Part shown: in pieces, positions 12,316 through 22,297 of the stretch
Layout: each line of letters begins with the position of its first letter
Position numbering within the stretch: the first letter of the stretch is position 1
From: an uncultured Alphaproteobacteria bacterium
GTDB lineage: Bacteria > Pseudomonadota > Alphaproteobacteria > HIMB59 > GCA-002718135
Assembly (NCBI GenBank): GCA_902615625.1
Contig: CACMPM010000004.1
Coordinates: 10,290-74,289, forward strand
Direction: 5' to 3'
DNA length: 64,000 nucleotides
Notes under the pieces: model-generated
What the model was told of the DNA's origin: nothing
Seen by the model: the letters and a program-made list of their open reading frames with translations, nothing else
Databases searched by the model: none
Made by a program: the position numbers and the translations under genes

Positions 12316-15300
12316 TTGTTCCTATTAGGTTAGTTTGATTATTTTCTTTTAAGTTTTCCTTAAATTCTAGATTTAACCCTAGAGATCTCAACTCTTTTAC
12401 CATAACATTGAAGGATTCTGGGGTTCCAGACTCAAAATTATTATCACCTTTAACTATTGATTCATAAACTTTAGTTCTTCCTGCAACATCGTCTGATTTA
12501 ATAGTTAGAATTTCTTGTAATGTGTATGCAGCTCCATAAGCCTCTAATGCCCATACTTCCATTTCACCAAATCTTTGTCCACCAAACTGTGCTTTACCAC
12601 CAAGTGGTTGTTGAGTAACTAAACTATATGGTCCAATTGATCTAGCGTGGATTTTTTCATCAACTAAATGATGTAATTTTAACATATACATGTAACCGAC
12701 AGTTACTGGTCTTTCAAATTTTTTACCGGTAATACCATCATATAGGATTTCCTGACCAGTGCCCGATACACCTGATATGGATAATAAATTTGTTATATCC
12801 TTCTCTTTAGCTCCATCAAATACTGGAGTTGCAAAAGGAATACCCTCTTTTAAATTATTACCTAACTCTAAAATTTCATCATCGTTCATATTTTTAATAA
12901 TTTTTTGATGGCTTTCAAGATCATAAATTTCTAGTAGCTTATTTCTTAAATTATCAGTTTGACCTTCAGATTGAATTTTTGCCAACATTTCTTTAACTTG
13001 TTTACCTAATGATGCAGAGGCCCATCCAAGATGTGTTTCTAAAATTTGACCAATATTCATTCTACTTGGTACCCCTAATGGATTTAAGACAATATCAACA
13101 GGAGTTCCATCTTCAAGATAAGGCATATCTTCTACAGGACATATTTTTGAAATTACTCCTTTATTTCCATGTCTTCCTGCCATTTTATCACCTGGTTGAA
13201 GTTTACGTTTTACTGAAATAAATACTTTAATTAATTTTAATACTCCAGGAAGTAACTCATCACCACTTTGAATCTTATCAATTTTATTTTCAAATTTTTG
13301 ATTTACATTGCCAAGTTGATTTTCATAGTTTTTTACTAATAATTCTATTTGATTATTTTTTTTCTCATCTAATATATTTATCTTCAACAGTTCGTTTAAA
13401 CTTAAACCTTCTAGTTGCTCATATTTTATTTGAGTATTTTTTTTGAAGCTATCTAAACCAGATATATAGGTTTGATTATTGAGTAATTCTCTAAGGTGAT
13501 TTCCAAAACTTTTTTCTAAAATTTTTAATTCATCATCTCTATCACGAGCAATTAATTCAATTTGATTATTCTCAATACTTATTGCTCTTTCATCTTTCTC
13601 TATGCCTCTTCTAGAAAAGACTCTTATTTCAACTACTGTTCCCTTAACTCCTGGAGGGACTCTTAGACTAGTATCTTTTACATCAGCAGCTTTTTCACCA
13701 AATATAGCTCTTAGTAATTTTTCTTCAGGAGTCATAGGCGACTCACCCTTTGGGGTAACTTTACCAACTAAAATATCTCCAGAGTTAACTTCAGCCCCTA
13801 CGTAAACGATGCCTGTTTCGTCAAGATTTATAAGCATCTCCTCACTTGCATTTGGAATATCTCTGGTTATTTCCTCGGGGCCTAACTTTGTATCCCTTGA
13901 CATTACTTCAAACTCTTCAACATGAATAGAGGTAAATACATCGTCTTGAACAACTTTCTCTGATATTAAAATTGAATCTTCAAAGTTATAACCATTCCAT
14001 GGCATAAATGCCGCTAGTACATTTCTGCCAAGTGCAAGTTCACCTAAATCAGTTGCTGGACCATCAGCTATTATCTGATTTTTTAGAACTTTATCACCAA
14101 CATTGACAAGTGGACGCTGTGTAATACATGTGTTTTGATTTGATCTCTGAAATTTAGATAAATTGTAGATATCAATTTTATTTAAAGACTTATCATTTTT
14201 GTCAGTTATTCTAATTACTATTCTTTGAGCATCAAGCTGATCTACTATTCCTTCTCTTTTAGCTACAATAGTTGATCCACTATCATTAGCTACAGTATAT
14301 TCCATGCCTGTACCAACCAATGGGGCTTTTGGCTTTATTAATGGAACAGCTTGTCTCATCATATTTGAACCCATTAAAGCTCTATTGGCATCATCGTTTT
14401 CTAGGAAAGGAATCAAAGAAGAAGCAACAGAAACCAATTGCTGAGGAGAAACATCCATTAAATCTATCGCTTCAGCATCTACATTAATAAATTCTCCATT
14501 CTTTCTGCAACTAACTATTTGATTAACAAACTTGCCTTTAAAATCAACATCTGCATTTGCTTGCGCTATAACGAAATTCTCTTCATCTATTGCACTAAGA
14601 TAAATTACTTTATCAGTAACTTTGCCACTATTTACAATTCTATATGGAGTTTCTATAAAACCATATTTATTTATTCTAGAATATGATGCTAAACTATTAA
14701 TTAAACCAATGTTCGCTCCTTCAGGTGTTTCTATGGGACAAATTCTTCCATAATGAGTTTGGTGTACATCTCTTACTTCAAAACCAGCTCGCTCTCTATT
14801 TAAACCACCAGGACCAAGTGCAGATACTCTGCGTTTATGTGTAATTTCACTTAATGGATTTGTTTGATCCATAAATTGACTGAGCTGACTAAGTCCAAAG
14901 AATTCTTTAATTGAAGCAACAACCGGTTTTGCATTAATAATATCCTGAGGCATTATATTATCAATTTCTAACGCACTTAGTCTTTCTTTAATTGCCCTGT
15001 CCATTTTTAGCAGACCTATACGATATTGGTTCTCTAAAAGTTCACCAACTGAACGCACTCTCCGGTTAGCCAAGTGATCAATATCATCAATTTCACCTTT
15101 TCCATCCATAAGATTATGCATATGTTTTACAACATCTAAGATATCACTTTTATCAATAACTCTTTGTTCAATTGGGGTGCTCTTTTTAAACTTGGCATTT
15201 ATTTTTAATCTACCAACTGAAGATAAATCGTATCTATCTGAATTGAAGAAAAGATTATTGAAAAGATTTTCTGCGGTTTCAATTGTTGGAGGCTCACCTG

Positions 15301-16513
15301 GTCTTAATATTTTAAAAATTTCAAAAAGAGCTTCTTCTCTTGACCTTGCCTTGTCTACCTGAAGAGTATTTCTTATATATGAGCCAATTTCAATATTATC
15401 AGATTTAAGAATATGAATTTTGCTAATTTTTTTATCATTTAGAAATTGTAAAAAAATTTCATCAATTTCGTATCCTGCCTCGAAATATATTTTACCGGTT
15501 TTTTCATCAATAATATCTGAAGATATAAAAAATCCAATTAATGATTCTTCATTTATAGTTACATTAGAGATGTTTTTCTTTTTTAAATCATTAATAATTT
15601 TTTGATTAACTTTTGTGCCTTTAGAAATAATAGTTTTTCCATTTTTAGAATCTAACAAATCAAAGTTTAAAATCTTAGCTTTGAAAAAAGAGAGGTCTTC
15701 TTTAAAAGACCATCCATAATTATTCTTTTTATAAATAGTATTATCATAAAAAATTGATAGGATTTCCTCACCCGTAATTCCGTGAATTCTTTTTGGGTCA
15801 GGTTCGATTTTATTATCTTCACATTCTTTAATATATTTTTCTGACATACTACTAAGAAGACACTTAAATAAAGTAGTTACAGGAAACTTTCTTTTTCTAT
15901 CTATTCTTGCATGAATATTATTTTTTGCATCATGCTCAAAATCTAACCAAGAGCCCCGATATGGAATAATTCTTGCGTTAAAAAGATATTTACCGCTTGT
16001 GTGTGTTTTTCCAAAGTCATGATCAAAAAATACTCCAGGTGATCTATGCATTTGACTAACAACTACTCTTTCTGTACCGTTTACCACAAATGTAGCATTT
16101 TTAGTCATAAGTGGAATATCACCCATGTAAACTTCTTGTTCTTTAATATCTCTTACAGATTTAGTTCCAGCTATTTCATCTATATCCCATATTATGAGTC
16201 TAAAGTTTACAAGTAATGGAGTTCCATATGTAAGACCCCTTTGAGAGCATTCTTCAACATCATATTTTGGAACGCCAAGATTATAACTAACGTAATCTAC
16301 AGATGCTCTTTCTGTATAATCATGAATTGGAAATACTGATTTGAAAATTGAATGAAGACCATTGTTTTCCCTTTTGTCAGGATCAGTTCTTAATTGCAAA
16401 AAATTGTCGAATGATCTTTTTTGTACCTCAACTAAATTTGGCAGTGAAGTAACTAGAGGAATTTTTCCAAAAGATTTTCTTATTTTTTTTGAATTAATAT
16501 GGTCTAAACTCAT
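12308..16513 (-). CDS. rpoB: DNA-directed RNA polymerase subunit beta
   Basis: 1401 aa with the motifs [13 protein letters not shown] and [20 protein letters not shown]. An AAGGAG Shine-Dalgarno lies 6 nt upstream of the ATG. Confidence 0.98.
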   Translation of the reverse strand: MSLDHINSKKIRKSFGKIPLVTSLPNLVEVQKRSFDNFLQLRTDPDKRENNGLHSIFKSVFPIHDYTERASVDYVSYNLGVPKYDVEECSQRGLTYGTPLLVNFRLIIWDIDEIAGTKSVRDIKEQEVYMGDIPLMTKNATFVVNGTERVVVSQMHRSPGVFFDHDFGKTHTSGKYLFNARIIPYRGSWLDFEHDAKNNIHARIDRKRKFPVTTLFKCLLSSMSEKYIKECEDNKIEPDPKRIHGITGEEILSIFYDNTIYKKNNYGWSFKEDLSFFKAKILNFDLLDSKNGKTIISKGTKVNQKIINDLKKKNISNVTINEESLIGFFISSDIIDEKTGKIYFEAGYEIDEIFLQFLNDKKISKIHILKSDNIEIGSYIRNTLQVDKARSREEALFEIFKILRPGEPPTIETAENLFNNLFFNSDRYDLSSVGRLKINAKFKKSTPIEQRVIDKSDILDVVKHMHNLMDGKGEIDDIDHLANRRVRSVGELLENQYRIGLLKMDRAIKERLSALEIDNIMPQDIINAKPVVASIKEFFGLSQLSQFMDQTNPLSEITHKRRVSALGPGGLNRERAGFEVRDVHQTHYGRICPIETPEGANIGLINSLASYSRINKYGFIETPYRIVNSGKVTDKVIYLSAIDEENFVIAQANADVDFKGKFVNQIVSCRKNGEFINVDAEAIDLMDVSPQQLVSVASSLIPFLENDDANRALMGSNMMRQAVPLIKPKAPLVGTGMEYTVANDSGSTIVAKREGIVDQLDAQRIVIRITDKNDKSLNKIDIYNLSKFQRSNQNTCITQRPLVNVGDKVLKNQIIADGPATDLGELALGRNVLAAFMPWNGYNFEDSILISEKVVQDDVFTSIHVEEFEVMSRDTKLGPEEITRDIPNASEEMLINLDETGIVYVGAEVNSGDILVGKVTPKGESPMTPEEKLLRAIFGEKAADVKDTSLRVPPGVKGTVVEIRVFSRRGIEKDERAISIENNQIELIARDRDDELKILEKSFGNHLRELLNNQTYISGLDSFKKNTQIKYEQLEGLSLNELLKINILDEKKNNQIELLVKNYENQLGNVNQKFENKIDKIQSGDELLPGVLKLIKVFISVKRKLQPGDKMAGRHGNKGVISKICPVEDMPYLEDGTPVDIVLNPLGVPSRMNIGQILETHLGWASASLGKQVKEMLAKIQSEGQTDNLRNKLLEIYDLESHQKIIKNMNDDEILELGNNLKEGIPFATPVFDGAKEKDITNLLSISGVSGTGQEILYDGITGKKFERPVTVGYMYMLKLHHLVDEKIHARSIGPYSLVTQQPLGGKAQFGGQRFGEMEVWALEAYGAAYTLQEILTIKSDDVAGRTKVYESIVKGDNNFESGTPESFNVMVKELRSLGLNLEFKENLKENNQTNLIGTNE

Positions 16514-16536
16514 TTTTCTCCTTTATTTCAATATAT

Positions 16537-16567
16537 AGAAGTAGGCCTTTATAAAGGCCTACCTTCT
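16537..16567 (-). terminator. stem-loop in the rplL-rpoB spacer (probable attenuator / partial terminator)
   Basis: A perfect GC-containing palindrome GTAGGCCTTTATAAAGGCCTAC lies at 16541-16562, and flanking AGAAG/CTTCT extends the stem. On the minus strand it is followed by TTCTATATATT. It sits where E. coli has the rplL-rpoB attenuator. Confidence 0.55.
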
Positions 16568-16943
16568 ACTTTAAAGTAACTTTAGCGCCAGCTGCTTCTA
16601 ATGCTTTTTTCATTTCTTCAGCCTCTTCCTTTTTAACCCCTTGTTTGAGTGGTTTAGGTGCACTTTCAACTAGATCTTTTGCTTCTTTTAGCCCAAGTCC
16701 AGTAATAGTTCTTACTTCTTTAATTACAGCAATTTTATTTGATCCAGATTCAGATAGTTCAATATCAAATTCTGTTTTCTCTTCTGCAGCAGCTTCTCCA
16801 CCACCAGCAGCCGGAGCTGCGGCAACTGCAACTGGTGCAGCAGCAGATACACCCCATTTTTCTTCAAGCAATTTACTTAATTCAGCTGCTTCAAGGACAG
16901 TAAGGGAAGATAGATCTTCTACAATTTTATTTAAATCAGCCAT
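16566..16943 (-). CDS. rplL: 50S ribosomal protein L7/L12
   Basis: 125 aa with an Ala-rich hinge ([15 protein letters not shown]) and the C-terminal domain motif [12 protein letters not shown]. Confidence 0.97.
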   Translation of the reverse strand: MADLNKIVEDLSSLTVLEAAELSKLLEEKWGVSAAAPVAVAAAPAAGGGEAAAEEKTEFDIELSESGSNKIAVIKEVRTITGLGLKEAKDLVESAPKPLKQGVKKEEAEEMKKALEAAGAKVTLK

Positions 16944-16960
16944 TTATTTCTCCTATTTAC

Positions 16961-17482
16961 CTAGTTCGACTCTTGTTTATTGCTACTGTTAGAACTAATT
17001 AATCTTGCAATTTGTGCCCCAGGTTCAATTGTAATTGAAGCTATCTTTTGAGCAGGTGCAGAAATTAATCCTATTATTTTTCCTCTTAACTCATCTAAAG
17101 AAGGTAATTTTGCAAGAAAATCAATTTTTTCTTTATCAATTTTCTCACCATTATAACCCCCACCAATAATTTTAAACTTTTCAAATTTTTTTTCAAAACT
17201 AACCGCTACTTTTGCTGGTGCTACTGCATCATCAGAATAAGCAATTGCTGTTGGACCTTTGAAAAGTTCTGAAATATCTTTAAATTGAGTTTCAGATATA
17301 GCAAGTTTAGTGAGTCTGTTCTTAGTTACTTTAAATTTTGCTCCATTATCCCTCATTTCTTTTCTAAGTTGCTCTGTTTCATTAACTGTTAGCCCAGAAT
17401 ATTCAGCCACAATTAAGGAAGTAGCATTTGAAAAGTCTTCTTTGAGATTACTTACAAAATCTTTTTTTTCAGAACGTTTCAC
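16961..17482 (-). CDS. rplJ: 50S ribosomal protein L10
   Basis: The ORF track extends this to a TTG at 17518. I prefer the GTG at 17482, which gives MKRSEKKDFVSNLKEDF..., because GAGG lies 5 nt upstream and L10 proteins normally begin about there. The body is clearly L10. Confidence 0.9.
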   Translation of the reverse strand: MKRSEKKDFVSNLKEDFSNATSLIVAEYSGLTVNETEQLRKEMRDNGAKFKVTKNRLTKLAISETQFKDISELFKGPTAIAYSDDAVAPAKVAVSFEKKFEKFKIIGGGYNGEKIDKEKIDFLAKLPSLDELRGKIIGLISAPAQKIASITIEPGAQIARLISSNSSNKQESN

Positions 17483-17665
17483 GTCAACCTCGGTTTTAAT
17501 TGGATCCAAAAGATCCAATATTAGCTAAAATTAGTTTGCCCACCAAACTAATTTAAAGCCTGTCAAGAAGCAAATCAATGACTCACTTCAGTCTATGCAG
17601 GAAATTAAGCTAAAAGCTCCTGCAGTCTTTGACAGGTGATGATCAAAGATCATCATTTGGATTAA
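17483..17665 (-). promoter_or_regulatory. structured rplJ leader (ribosomal protein L10 leader-like)
   Basis: This is the largest spacer in the 21-kb array. On the minus strand I read four elements: a hairpin GATGATC-TTT-GATCATC; a long-range pairing CCTGTCAA / TTGACAGG that encloses a hairpin TGCAGGA...TCCTGCA; and a 10-bp hairpin AAATTAGTTT-GGTGGGC-AAACTAATTT (17528-17554). The position matches the L10(L12)4 autoregulatory leader known from many bacteria. Confidence 0.55.
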
Positions 17666-18355
17666 TTAACGCAAGCTAGCTTGGTTAATATTTAATCCAA
17701 CTCCCATAGTTGAAGCTATGGTAACTTTTTTTATAAAAGAACCCTTAACAGCATCAGGTTTACTTTTACTAACTGAAGAATAAAATGTTTTAATATTTTC
17801 TAACAAATCTTCTTCACTAAAATCTAATTTGCCAACACCAGCGTGAACGATACCCGATTTATCATTTTTGAATTTAACTTGACCTGATTTAGCATCTTTT
17901 ACTGATTTAGAAATTTCATTTGTTACAGTACCAAGTTTAGGATTTGGCATTAATCCTTTTGGGCCTAATATTTTTGCTACTTTACCTAATTTAGGCATCA
18001 TATCTGGAGTCGCAATTAGAACATCAAACTCTATTTTTGATTTAGAAATTGTTTCAATTAAATCATCACTTCCTACCAAGTCTGCACCATTACTTTTAGC
18101 ATCGTTTTGTTTGTCCTCATTTGCAATTACTGCAACCTTTACAGTTTTTCCTGTACCATTAGGAAGATTTACAATACCTTTAATATTTTGATCAGTTTTG
18201 TTACTATCAATTCCAAGATTAATTGAAACATCAATTGTTTCTTTAAACTTTACATACGATTTTTCTTTTAAAATTTTGATTGCTTCTAATGGCTCATAAA
18301 CCTTTGTAGTGTCAAAATTATTTAACATTTGCTTTCTATTTTTTGTTATCTTCAT
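17666..18355 (-). CDS. rplA: 50S ribosomal protein L1
   Basis: 229 aa in the position after rplK. The L1-like motifs are GKTVKVAV and LGPKGLMPNPK. Confidence 0.96.
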   Translation of the reverse strand: MKITKNRKQMLNNFDTTKVYEPLEAIKILKEKSYVKFKETIDVSINLGIDSNKTDQNIKGIVNLPNGTGKTVKVAVIANEDKQNDAKSNGADLVGSDDLIETISKSKIEFDVLIATPDMMPKLGKVAKILGPKGLMPNPKLGTVTNEISKSVKDAKSGQVKFKNDKSGIVHAGVGKLDFSEEDLLENIKTFYSSVSKSKPDAVKGSFIKKVTIASTMGVGLNINQASLR

Positions 18356-18783
18356 TAACCCACTACCTCCATACCCATTGAAACTGCAGATCCTTTAACC
18401 ATATTCATTGCTCCATTTAGATCAATAGCATTTAAATCCTGCATTTTTTCTTTGGCAATTTTTTCGATGTCTTGTATTGATACTTTACCTACTAATGACC
18501 TTCCAGGTGTTGAGTTTCCTTTTTTTATTTTTGCTGCTTTTTTAAGATAAAAACTTACTGGTGGTAGTTTTGTGGTAAAATCGAAACTTCTATCTTTGTA
18601 TGCTGTAATAATAACTGGAATTGGTGCACCCTTTTCTAAATCTTTTGTTTTATCATTAAAAGCTTTACAAAAATCCATTATGTTCAAACCTCTTTGTCCA
18701 AGTGCAGGACCAACAGGTGGTGAAGGGTTGGCTCCTCCAGCAGGAATTTGCAGTTTAATTAAACCTAAAATTTCTTTAGCCAT
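18355..18783 (-). CDS. rplK: 50S ribosomal protein L11
   Basis: 142 aa with the L11 signature [30 protein letters not shown]. Confidence 0.97.
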   Translation of the reverse strand: MAKEILGLIKLQIPAGGANPSPPVGPALGQRGLNIMDFCKAFNDKTKDLEKGAPIPVIITAYKDRSFDFTTKLPPVSFYLKKAAKIKKGNSTPGRSLVGKVSIQDIEKIAKEKMQDLNAIDLNGAMNMVKGSAVSMGMEVVG

Positions 18784-18786
18784 ACT

Positions 18787-19320
18787 TTATACCTTTTCTA
18801 CCTGTGAGTACTCTAAATCAACAGGTGTTGATCTTCCAAAAATTGAAACAGCTACTCTTAATCTTGCTTTATCTTCATCTATTTGTTCGACCTCCCCATT
18901 AAATGATGCAAAAGGTCCATCAATTACTTTTACTTGTTCACCAATATCATACATTATCGCAGGTCTAGATTTTTCTATACCATCAATAACTTGTTCAGAA
19001 ATTCTTTTTGCTTCAGCATTACTAATAGGAATTGGCTTACCTTTGTTACCTAAAAAACCACTCAACTTTGGAGTTGTTTTAATAATGTGCCAAGTGTCAT
19101 CATTTAAGCTCATTTTAATAAGTATATAACCAGGATATATTTTTCTTTCTGTATTAACTCTTACACCTCTTTTTACTTCAACAATGTTTTGAACTGGAAC
19201 AGATATTTCTTCAATATGTTCTTTAACTCCAAGTTTTGTTGCTTGGTCCAAAATGCTATCAGCAACTTTTTTTTCATAACCAGAATAGGCATGAAGAACG
19301 TACCATCTTGCTTTATTCAT
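18787..19320 (-). CDS. nusG: transcription termination/antitermination factor NusG
   Basis: 177 aa with the NGN domain motif WYVLHAYSGYEKKV and a C-terminal KOW domain (GEQVKVIDGPFASFNGEV). Confidence 0.96.
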   Translation of the reverse strand: MNKARWYVLHAYSGYEKKVADSILDQATKLGVKEHIEEISVPVQNIVEVKRGVRVNTERKIYPGYILIKMSLNDDTWHIIKTTPKLSGFLGNKGKPIPISNAEAKRISEQVIDGIEKSRPAIMYDIGEQVKVIDGPFASFNGEVEQIDEDKARLRVAVSIFGRSTPVDLEYSQVEKV

Positions 19321-19535
19321 TAAAAACCTGAACCTATTTCAATTATTTTTCTTATTGAAAAAGACCATATTTGATCAGTTAAAAGAAAAAATAATGAAAA
19401 TAATATTATTAATAATATGACTATTGCAGAAGAAATAAAAGTATCTCTTCTTTGAGGCCAGGTTACTTTTTGTAATTCTTGTCTAACTTGTCTTACAAAA
19501 AGAGCTGGTGATGTTTTCTTTTTTTCAATATTCAT
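19320..19535 (-). CDS. secE: preprotein translocase subunit SecE
   Basis: 71 aa with a single C-terminal TM helix. FVRQVRQELQKVTWP is SecE-like, and it sits directly upstream of nusG. Confidence 0.9.
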   Translation of the reverse strand: MNIEKKKTSPALFVRQVRQELQKVTWPQRRDTFISSAIVILLIILFSLFFLLTDQIWSFSIRKIIEIGSGF

Positions 19536-19549
19536 ATTTTCGTTTCTCT

Positions 19550-19625
19550 TGGCAGGAGTGGCAGGACTTGAACCCGCAGCCCCCGGTTTTGGAGACCGGT
19601 GCTCTACCAGTTGAGCTACACTCCT
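19550..19625 (-). tRNA. tRNA-Trp (anticodon CCA)
   Basis: Hand-folded cloverleaf on the minus strand: AGGAGTG TA GCTC AACTGGTA GAGC A CCGGT CTCCAAA ACCGG GGGCT GCGGG TTCAAGT CCTGC CACTCCT G CCA. The 3' CCA is encoded. Confidence 0.93.
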
Positions 19626-19662
19626 AATAAGTAATGGCTAACTGATAGAGCGGTCCCTAAAA

Positions 19663-20853
19663 CTATTCAATAATTTCAGCAACAACTCCAGCGCCAACTG
19701 TTCTTCCACCTTCTCTAATTGCAAATTTCAAACCTTTATCCATTGCAATTGGAGACAGAAGAGTAACTTCCATAGCAATATTATCGCCAGGCATTACCAT
19801 TTCGGTACCTTCTGGTAATTTAATTGTTCCAGTCACATCAGTTGTTCTAAAGTAGAATTGAGGTCTGTAATTTGAAAAGAATGGGGTATGTCTTCCACCC
19901 TCTTCTTTTTTTAATACATATGCTTCTGCTTTAAATTTTGTATGTGGTTTTATTGAGCCTGGTTTTGCTAATACTTGACCACGTTCAACTTCTTCTCTTT
20001 TTGTTCCGCGAAGAAGAACACCAACGTTGTCTCCAGCTTCACCAGAATCTAAAAGTTTTCTAAACATCTCAACTCCAGTACAAGTAGTTTTTTGAGGTTC
20101 TCTTATTCCTAGGATCTCAATTTCCTCTCCAACTTTAACTTGACCTTGTTCAATTCTTCCAGTTACAACCGTACCTCTACCAGAAATTGAAAATACATCC
20201 TCAACTGGCATTAAGAAAGGCTGATCTACAGGTCGGCTAGGTTGTGGTATATGTTCATCAACTGCTTTCATTAATTCCATAATTGAGTTTTTTCCAATTT
20301 CATCATCTCTACCTTCAAGAGCTGCTAAAGCTGAACCCTTAATGATTGGGATAGTATCACCTGGGAATTCATATGAAGTAAGAAGTTCTCTAATTTCCAT
20401 TTCAACTAGATCAATTAATTCTTTATCATCTACTTGATCAACTTTATTCATGTATACTACAAGAGCAGGTACGCCTACCTGTCTAGCTAAAAGTATGTGT
20501 TCTCTTGTTTGAGGCATTGGTCCGTCAGCGGCATTAACAACTAAGATACCTCCGTCCATTTGAGCAGCACCAGTGATCATGTTTTTTACATAATCGGCGT
20601 GTCCAGGACAGTCAACGTGTGCATAGTGTCTTGCTTCAGTTTCATATTCAACGTGTGCAGTTGAAATAGTTATTCCACGCTCTCTCTCTTCAGGTGCTTT
20701 GTCAATATTTGCATAATCTGTAAATTCTGCTCCACCTGTCTCTGCTAATATTTTTGTTATAGCAGCAGTTAATGTTGTTTTACCATGGTCAACGTGACCA
20801 ACGGTTCCTATGTTACAATGCGGTTTATTTCTTTCGAATTTTGCTTTAGCCAT
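19663..20853 (-). CDS. tuf: elongation factor Tu
   Basis: 396 aa with the motifs [18 protein letters not shown] and NKVD. Confidence 0.99.
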   Translation of the reverse strand: MAKAKFERNKPHCNIGTVGHVDHGKTTLTAAITKILAETGGAEFTDYANIDKAPEERERGITISTAHVEYETEARHYAHVDCPGHADYVKNMITGAAQMDGGILVVNAADGPMPQTREHILLARQVGVPALVVYMNKVDQVDDKELIDLVEMEIRELLTSYEFPGDTIPIIKGSALAALEGRDDEIGKNSIMELMKAVDEHIPQPSRPVDQPFLMPVEDVFSISGRGTVVTGRIEQGQVKVGEEIEILGIREPQKTTCTGVEMFRKLLDSGEAGDNVGVLLRGTKREEVERGQVLAKPGSIKPHTKFKAEAYVLKKEEGGRHTPFFSNYRPQFYFRTTDVTGTIKLPEGTEMVMPGDNIAMEVTLLSPIAMDKGLKFAIREGGRTVGAGVVAEIIE

Positions 20854-20879
20854 TTTTTTACCCCAATAATATTTTGTTA

Positions 20880-20953
20880 TGGAGCGGGTGAAGGGAATCG
20901 AACCCTCGTAGCCAGCTTGGAAGGCTGGAGCTTTACCACTAAGCTACACCCGC
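20880..20953 (-). tRNA. tRNA-Gly (anticodon UCC)
   Basis: Hand-folded: GCGGGTG TA GCTT AGTGGTA AAGC T CCAGC CTTCCAA GCTGG CTAC GAGGG TTCGATT CCCTT CACCCGC T CCA. Confidence 0.92.
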
Positions 20954-21011
20954 AACTAAACTGACTGCTTCACACACTCACTTTAATGCTTTCATCCCAT
21001 TACCTCCATAA

Positions 21012-21097
21012 TGGTGGAGGGGGTAGGATTCGAACCTACGTACGCTCACGCGGGCGGATTTACAGTCCGCTGCCTTTAACCACTCGACCACCCCTCC
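21012..21097 (-). tRNA. tRNA-Tyr (anticodon GUA), long variable arm
   Basis: Hand-folded: GGAGGGG TG GTCG AGTGGTTAA AGGC A GCGGA CTGTAAA TCCGC CCGCGTGAGCGTAC GTAGG TTCGAAT CCTAC CCCCTCC A CCA. Confidence 0.92.
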
Positions 21098-21114
21098 GTT
21101 TGAAGAAATTGGCC

Positions 21115-21142
21115 ATTACTAATAAATTAGTATATATGTCAA
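21115..21142 (-). promoter_or_regulatory. candidate sigma-70 promoter for the tRNA-Tyr/tRNA-Gly/tuf transcript
   Basis: The minus strand reads a perfect TTGACA (21142-21137), a 16-nt spacer, then AGTAAT (21120-21115). The -10 ends about 18 nt upstream of the mature tRNA-Tyr 5' end. This is sequence reading only. Confidence 0.4.
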
Positions 21143-21267
21143 TCTAAAACAGCAGTTTCACCTTTGCAAAATACGTATACTCGTAAAAGCAACGGCCTTT
21201 TAGACAATAAATGCCATTTTGTACATATCTAGATTGTATTAATTAGACAAATCTGTGATATTAAACC

Positions 21268-22029
21268 ATGAGTAAGTTTAGAAATAATAAATCTAATAAA
21301 AACCAAGGAATTCATACAATTTTTGGTCAACATTCTGTCAAAGCAGCCCTTCAAAATGATAAAAGAGAGAATATTGAGCTTATAATTAGTAAAAATCAGA
21401 CTAATTTTGCCAAAAAATATGAATCTAATATACAAAAAATTACCATTCTTCCTCAGAGTGAATTCACAAGAAGATTTGGTAATGAAAACACAACCCAGGG
21501 AGTAGTTCTAAAAACAAAAGATCTTACTTGGCCAGGTTTAGAAGAATTTGTAAAAGTAGAAAATAAAAAATCGAAATCAGTAATATTAATTTTAGATCAA
21601 GTAACCGACCCTCAAAATATTGGCTCAATAATGAGATCATGTGCATTATTTGATTGTGCAGGAATTATCGTTGGCAAAGATAACTCACCAGAACTGACTT
21701 CATCAATTTACAAATCAGCTTCCGGTGCTGCAGAAATTGTAAATTATATTAGAGTGACAAATATTAGAAGAGCTATTTCTTTTCTTAAAAAAAATAATTA
21801 TTGGATTTATGGCTTTGACAGTTCGAAAAATAAAAATTCAAAATTAAATTTTTCACAAAAATCAGTATTAGTATTTGGCTCTGAAGGAAAAGGTATTAGA
21901 GAATTAGTAAAAAAGGAATGTGATGAAATAATTCAGATAAAAATGAAAAATAATTTAAAATTTGAAATTGATAGTTTGAATGTTTCTAATGCAACATCAA
22001 TTGCATTATATCAGTTTTACTCAACTTAA
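21268..22029 (+). CDS. rlmB: TrmH/SpoU-family RNA 2'-O-methyltransferase (23S rRNA Gm2251 methyltransferase RlmB-like)
   Basis: 253 aa with SpoU motifs: DQVTDPQNIGSIMRSC, VLVFGSEGKGIR and SLNVSNATSIALY. Confidence 0.85.
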   Translation: MSKFRNNKSNKNQGIHTIFGQHSVKAALQNDKRENIELIISKNQTNFAKKYESNIQKITILPQSEFTRRFGNENTTQGVVLKTKDLTWPGLEEFVKVENKKSKSVILILDQVTDPQNIGSIMRSCALFDCAGIIVGKDNSPELTSSIYKSASGAAEIVNYIRVTNIRRAISFLKKNNYWIYGFDSSKNKNSKLNFSQKSVLVFGSEGKGIRELVKKECDEIIQIKMKNNLKFEIDSLNVSNATSIALYQFYST

Positions 22030-22041
22030 ATATTTTTAAGG

Positions 22042-22117
<76 letters not shown>

Positions 22118-22167
22118 ATTATTTTTGCATTTATATTAAATTATAATTTCGACAAGAATTTTATAAA

Positions 22168-22290
22168 TTAAATTCCAGGAATATAAGGAACTCCATCACC
22201 CTTTACCCTTTCATTTAATTCACTTAATGTAGAGCATGCTGTGATTGGACTAAATACAAGAAATAAAATTATTAATATCTTTTTAATCAT
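22168..22290 (-). CDS. small (40 aa) putative lipoprotein
   Basis: I trimmed the track ORF 22168-22350 to the internal ATG at 22290, giving MIKKILIILFLVFSPITACSTLSELNERVKGDGVPYIPGI. It has a signal peptide and a lipobox-like ITAC, and starts 7 nt after the fdsA stop. No strong Shine-Dalgarno is present. Confidence 0.4.
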   Translation of the reverse strand: MIKKILIILFLVFSPITACSTLSELNERVKGDGVPYIPGI

Positions 22291-22297
22291 AGAGTAT

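Noticed and set aside
16645-16992. 115-aa plus-strand ORF with an Ala/Pro/Ser-rich sequence.
   Set aside because: It is the mirror image of the GC-rich Ala-hinge coding region of rplL, so it is an antisense artefact.
18572-19129. 185-aa plus-strand ORF, the longest unassigned ORF in the track.
   Set aside because: It lies entirely antisense to rplK and nusG, both unmistakable conserved genes. The sequence is low-complexity Ser/Leu/Ile-rich with no motif, typical of a shadow ORF in an AT-rich genome.
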